64,000 bases of DNA from Eledone cirrhosa (taxonomy: Eukaryota). Positions 62,661 to 64,000 of the stretch are shown one piece after another. The notes beneath the pieces were generated by a model. The model was given only the letters and a program-made list of their open reading frames with translations. It searched no databases and was not told where the DNA came from. Location: contig OZ024740.1 of the NCBI GenBank assembly GCA_964016885.1, positions 59,458,001 to 59,522,000 on the forward strand, read 5' to 3'. A program made the position numbers and the translations under genes. The stretch's first letter is position 1. Every line of letters begins with the position of its first letter.

Positions 62661-62677
62661 TCATCATAGTTTATTTC

Positions 62678-64000
62678 ATCATCATCATCATCATCACCGT
62701 TTTACGTCCGTTCTTCCATGCTAGCATGGGTTAGACGGGTTGTCCTGTTGTAGGCAGTGTTTAGTTGGCTGACCAAGCCTTGCTCATACAGGAACTGATT
62801 TTGGCTTGATTTACAGCTGGATGCCCTTCCTAACACCAACCTCATTTACAGTGAGTGCTGGGTGCTTTTTCCATGGCGCCTACACGTCCACTTTACAGTG
62901 TGGGCTGGGTGCTTTTTTGCCGTGGCACCTCCACAACCACCTTGCAGTGGGAGGGTGTGGGGGCATATTGTCTATATGCTTCAGCTTGTACCCATGGGAG
63001 GTCGGGTACTCTGTATTACTGCGTGACACCAGAGGTCACGGTCATGTGTCATCACCTTTGAGAGGTGTAATTGGGTAAGGTCGGCTTTTATCACCTCATC
63101 CCAGGTCTTCTTGGGTCTCCCCACTCCACGGTTACCATCGACTTCTAGTGCTCTGCACCTTTTTATGCAGCTGTCATCCTTCATACGCATCACATGTCCA
63201 TACCAATGCAACCGCTTCTCCTGCACACAGCATTTGATTCCTCTTATGCTTAGTCTCTCTCTCAATTCATTTATGCTTTGTTGTTCGCGTATATTACTAT
63301 TACACATCCATCGGAGCATGCAGGCTTCGTTTCTTTCTAATCTACGTAAGTCTTCCACCTTCAGCACCCAGGTCTCATTACCATGTAACATTGCTGTTCG
63401 GATACACGCATCATACAGTTTGCCTTTCATTTTGAGGGAGAAGCCTTTTGCAGCTAGCAGTGGCAGTAGTTCTCTGAACTTCTTCCATCCCGTTCTTACC
63501 CTAGTTATTGTACTTTCTGAACACCCACCTCCGCTGCTAATTCGGTCACCTAGGTAGCAGAAGCTGTCTACTGTTTCTACAGAGCCCTCCCAGAGATTGG
63601 TGGTACTTGTTTCCTGTGGCTGTTTGCTGCTTGCTGTCCAAGCACAGCTGCTGCATGTGAAGCCTACATTCTTAATTAAGCTTCCTGAGATCCTGCTACA
63701 TCTCTTGTATACCCATTGTTTGCATTTGGGGCAGAGAATGGAGTTCCTACCTACACCTTTCCTACATGCTGAGCAAGGCCATTTCTCTGAGGGGATCTGG
63801 GTTCTGTTTTCTCGTCTACTTACAAGGACCTTAGTCTTTGTCATGTTGACTTTGAGACCCTTTCTTTCTAGTCCCTGCTTCCAAGTTTGGAATTTCTTTT
63901 CTAGTTCTACCATAGATTCAGCTATAAGTGCGAGGTCATCAGCATACAGGAGTTCCCATGGGTATCCGGTCTTAAACTCCTCCGTTATTGCCTGCAGGAC
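62678..64000 (-). mobile_element. RTE LINE 3' part with an open frame running off the window
   Basis: LLYADDLAL at ~63940; open ORF 62981-63913 including the Cys-rich finger; 3'UTR and (GAT)n tail. Confidence 0.93.

Overview
AT-rich, microsatellite-laden eukaryotic DNA that is almost entirely transposon-derived. The repeat families (RTE tails ending in (GAT)n, tRNA-headed SINEs, Deu/Nin-like SINEs) suggest an octopus or other coleoid cephalopod; this is inference. I found no supportable host-gene exon. Contents: Penelope-like elements (a 647-aa open RT+GIY-YIG ORF, a decayed second copy, several pseudo-LTR modules); two Helitron remnants; an internally deleted mariner; Tx1/L1-clade LINEs, one with an intact 1139-aa ORF2; many RTE LINE copies with a PHD-like finger; R4/Dong-like RLE retrotransposons sitting in (CATA)n arrays; hAT and piggyBac MITEs; and several SINE families. 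The most interesting signals are read directly from the sequence: (i) several minimal type I hammerhead ribozymes, one inside a 424-bp partial-tandem retrozyme-like unit; (ii) a 5S rRNA-RTE-tail chimera resembling SINE3; (iii) two non-autonomous retroelement families with a conserved HDV-ribozyme-like head and a covarying 3' hairpin; (iv) a spliced STPR-repeat mini-ORF inside a non-autonomous Helitron. Clade assignments come from motif recognition only; no searches or folding programs were run.
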